A DNA stretch of 63,010 nt, filler included, from Choristocarpus tenellus KU-1152 (taxonomy: Eukaryota > Protista > Phaeophyceae): the NCBI GenBank assembly GCA_964200185.2. It is 11 parts of 11 records of this genome, joined end to end, with 100 filler letters (N's around TTAATTAATTAA, not from the genome) between each part and the next. Parts side by side here need not be neighbours in the genome. Positions count along the whole stretch, not along the records: positions 59,378 to 63,010 come from CAXNAD020018837.1; 10 more parts are not named here. One strand, given 5' to 3'. The first letter of the stretch is position 1, and each line of letters starts with the position of its first letter. Shown here piece after piece: positions 61,653 to 63,010 of this stretch. The position numbers were made by a program, and so were the translations under genes. The notes beneath the pieces were generated by a model. That model was not told the origin of the DNA, did not search any database, and saw only the letters and a program-made list of their open reading frames with translations.

Positions 61653-63010
61653 GAGGTATGTCTATTTGTTCACAGAGTTGCCCTGTTTTGAAATTTGGCC
61701 CCACCCTTACATACAAATACTTGCAAAATATCGCAATTCAAAACTCGGTCCTCATTGCACATTTTTGGCTGAATATTTGATCATATTTGATCTCTCTGCA
61801 TGTTTTGTGGATACTTCTCCACTGCATACATATTGTGCCGCACATTTGACTGTATGGAAATTATTCCCTAGCCCTTTTGATTCCATTTAAGGGCTAAGAT
61901 TGGTTTTTGGTTCTGGAAACACCAAGTGCGATCGATACGATTTTTCCTTTTTTTGGAGTTGACAGGTACAATATCGGAGTTGGTATTGTATTTGCATGCT
62001 AAAATATATTTTATTGTGCCACAGAGTTTTTTTACAATTCAAGGTCGCTCTGTGGTAGGGTAGAGAATCGAGGCATACCTACCTGTCTTTACGCTGTATG
62101 TTTCAAAGATGGTCGGACTAATACTTCAAAGCAATTTGGATATTCGCACTTTGTCTAAATACTTACTTGCATGCACCTCTAACATTATACTCCGAGTATG
62201 TAGTTTATTGGGGTGAAGTCAATGATGAGTGATAGACGCCTATCAAGCGCAGACTCTAAACCACTTGGAGTCTCGTTTTGTCATTTAAGAGATGCCATTT
62301 AAGAGATACGATGAGCATTTTGCTCTCTACTCAGGTTCAATTCGTGAAGCACTGAACGCCTCAATATAATCAGATTCCACTAATGCATGTAAGGCCCCCT
62401 GTTCATTGAGCATTTCATGCCAGCACAAAATGTGGACAGTGAGCCACTGTTCTGACCAGAGGAGAACAAGAGTTATGGTGACCGTTCCTTAGTTGCAGTA
62501 CAGGGATTGATCTCTATGTACAATATCCTTCCGAACCCTCCACATGGAGATCTTTATTGATCACAGCGTTTATTCTAGTGAAGTTTCGACAGGAGCAGGA
62601 TTGGGCCTCTGGTGGGTGGGAACTTGCAGCAATATGGAGTTTCAGTGTTTGTGAGCAGAGCTCAGCTATCCTATCTTAAAGGATGGTGTCATTGAGCCCT
62701 TGTGACTTCTCTGACTGCCTTCTGGTACATGTGCTTCTAGTTATCTGAAGGGCAATTTCGTGCTTAAATGAAAATATTTTTATCTACTCTTCTATAACTA
62801 TAGTCTCGCAAGGAGATTTGGTTGCATTTCATGCATGTGATTGAGGTATCACGTAGAAGGTTTATAAAAACTAACTACTCAAAATGGCCTAAATAGATCT
62901 CTCTCTAAGATAGGACAGTTCACTATGAGTGATGGACTACACTCGGTTTGGCAATAGCCCAACACGGTTCAATAGTCAACACTCCTGGGTCAAAGTATCT
63001 GAGGGGGGGT

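Overview
Eukaryotic genomic DNA, not prokaryotic. The window is a concatenation of 11 draft contigs joined by ten artificial 100-bp linkers (N44-TTAATTAATTAA-N44), so adjacency across linkers means nothing. Spliceosomal GT/GC-AG introns, a U2 snRNA and a tRNA-Leu(CAA) are present. Intron-rich genes, scattered TTAGGG-like motifs and the style of the retroelement remnant suggest a stramenopile alga such as a brown alga or relative; this is inference only. Most ORFs in the supplied track are spurious, and the real genes had to be rebuilt by splicing. Complete genes: an 11-exon, 533-aa nucleotidyltransferase-like protein (46771-54408 +) and a 2-exon divergent HSF-type DNA-binding protein (23420-24188 -). 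Partial genes: PRPP synthetase last exon, SPT16 3' exons, CASP/Coy1 5' exons head-to-head with an ankyrin-repeat gene, a coiled-coil gene and a Pro/Gly-repeat exon. The repeat landscape is dense: 11 copies of a ~257-bp MITE with 3-bp TSDs (one nested in another), three further MITE families, LTR remnants, a restriction-like-endonuclease non-LTR remnant and a 210-bp tandem array. The strongest candidate for an undescribed system is an intron-containing ParB/Srx-plus-HTH (pseudo)gene lying next to the 210-bp array and a 30-bp palindrome (11850-15730). No database searches were possible, so all family calls rest on motif recognition.
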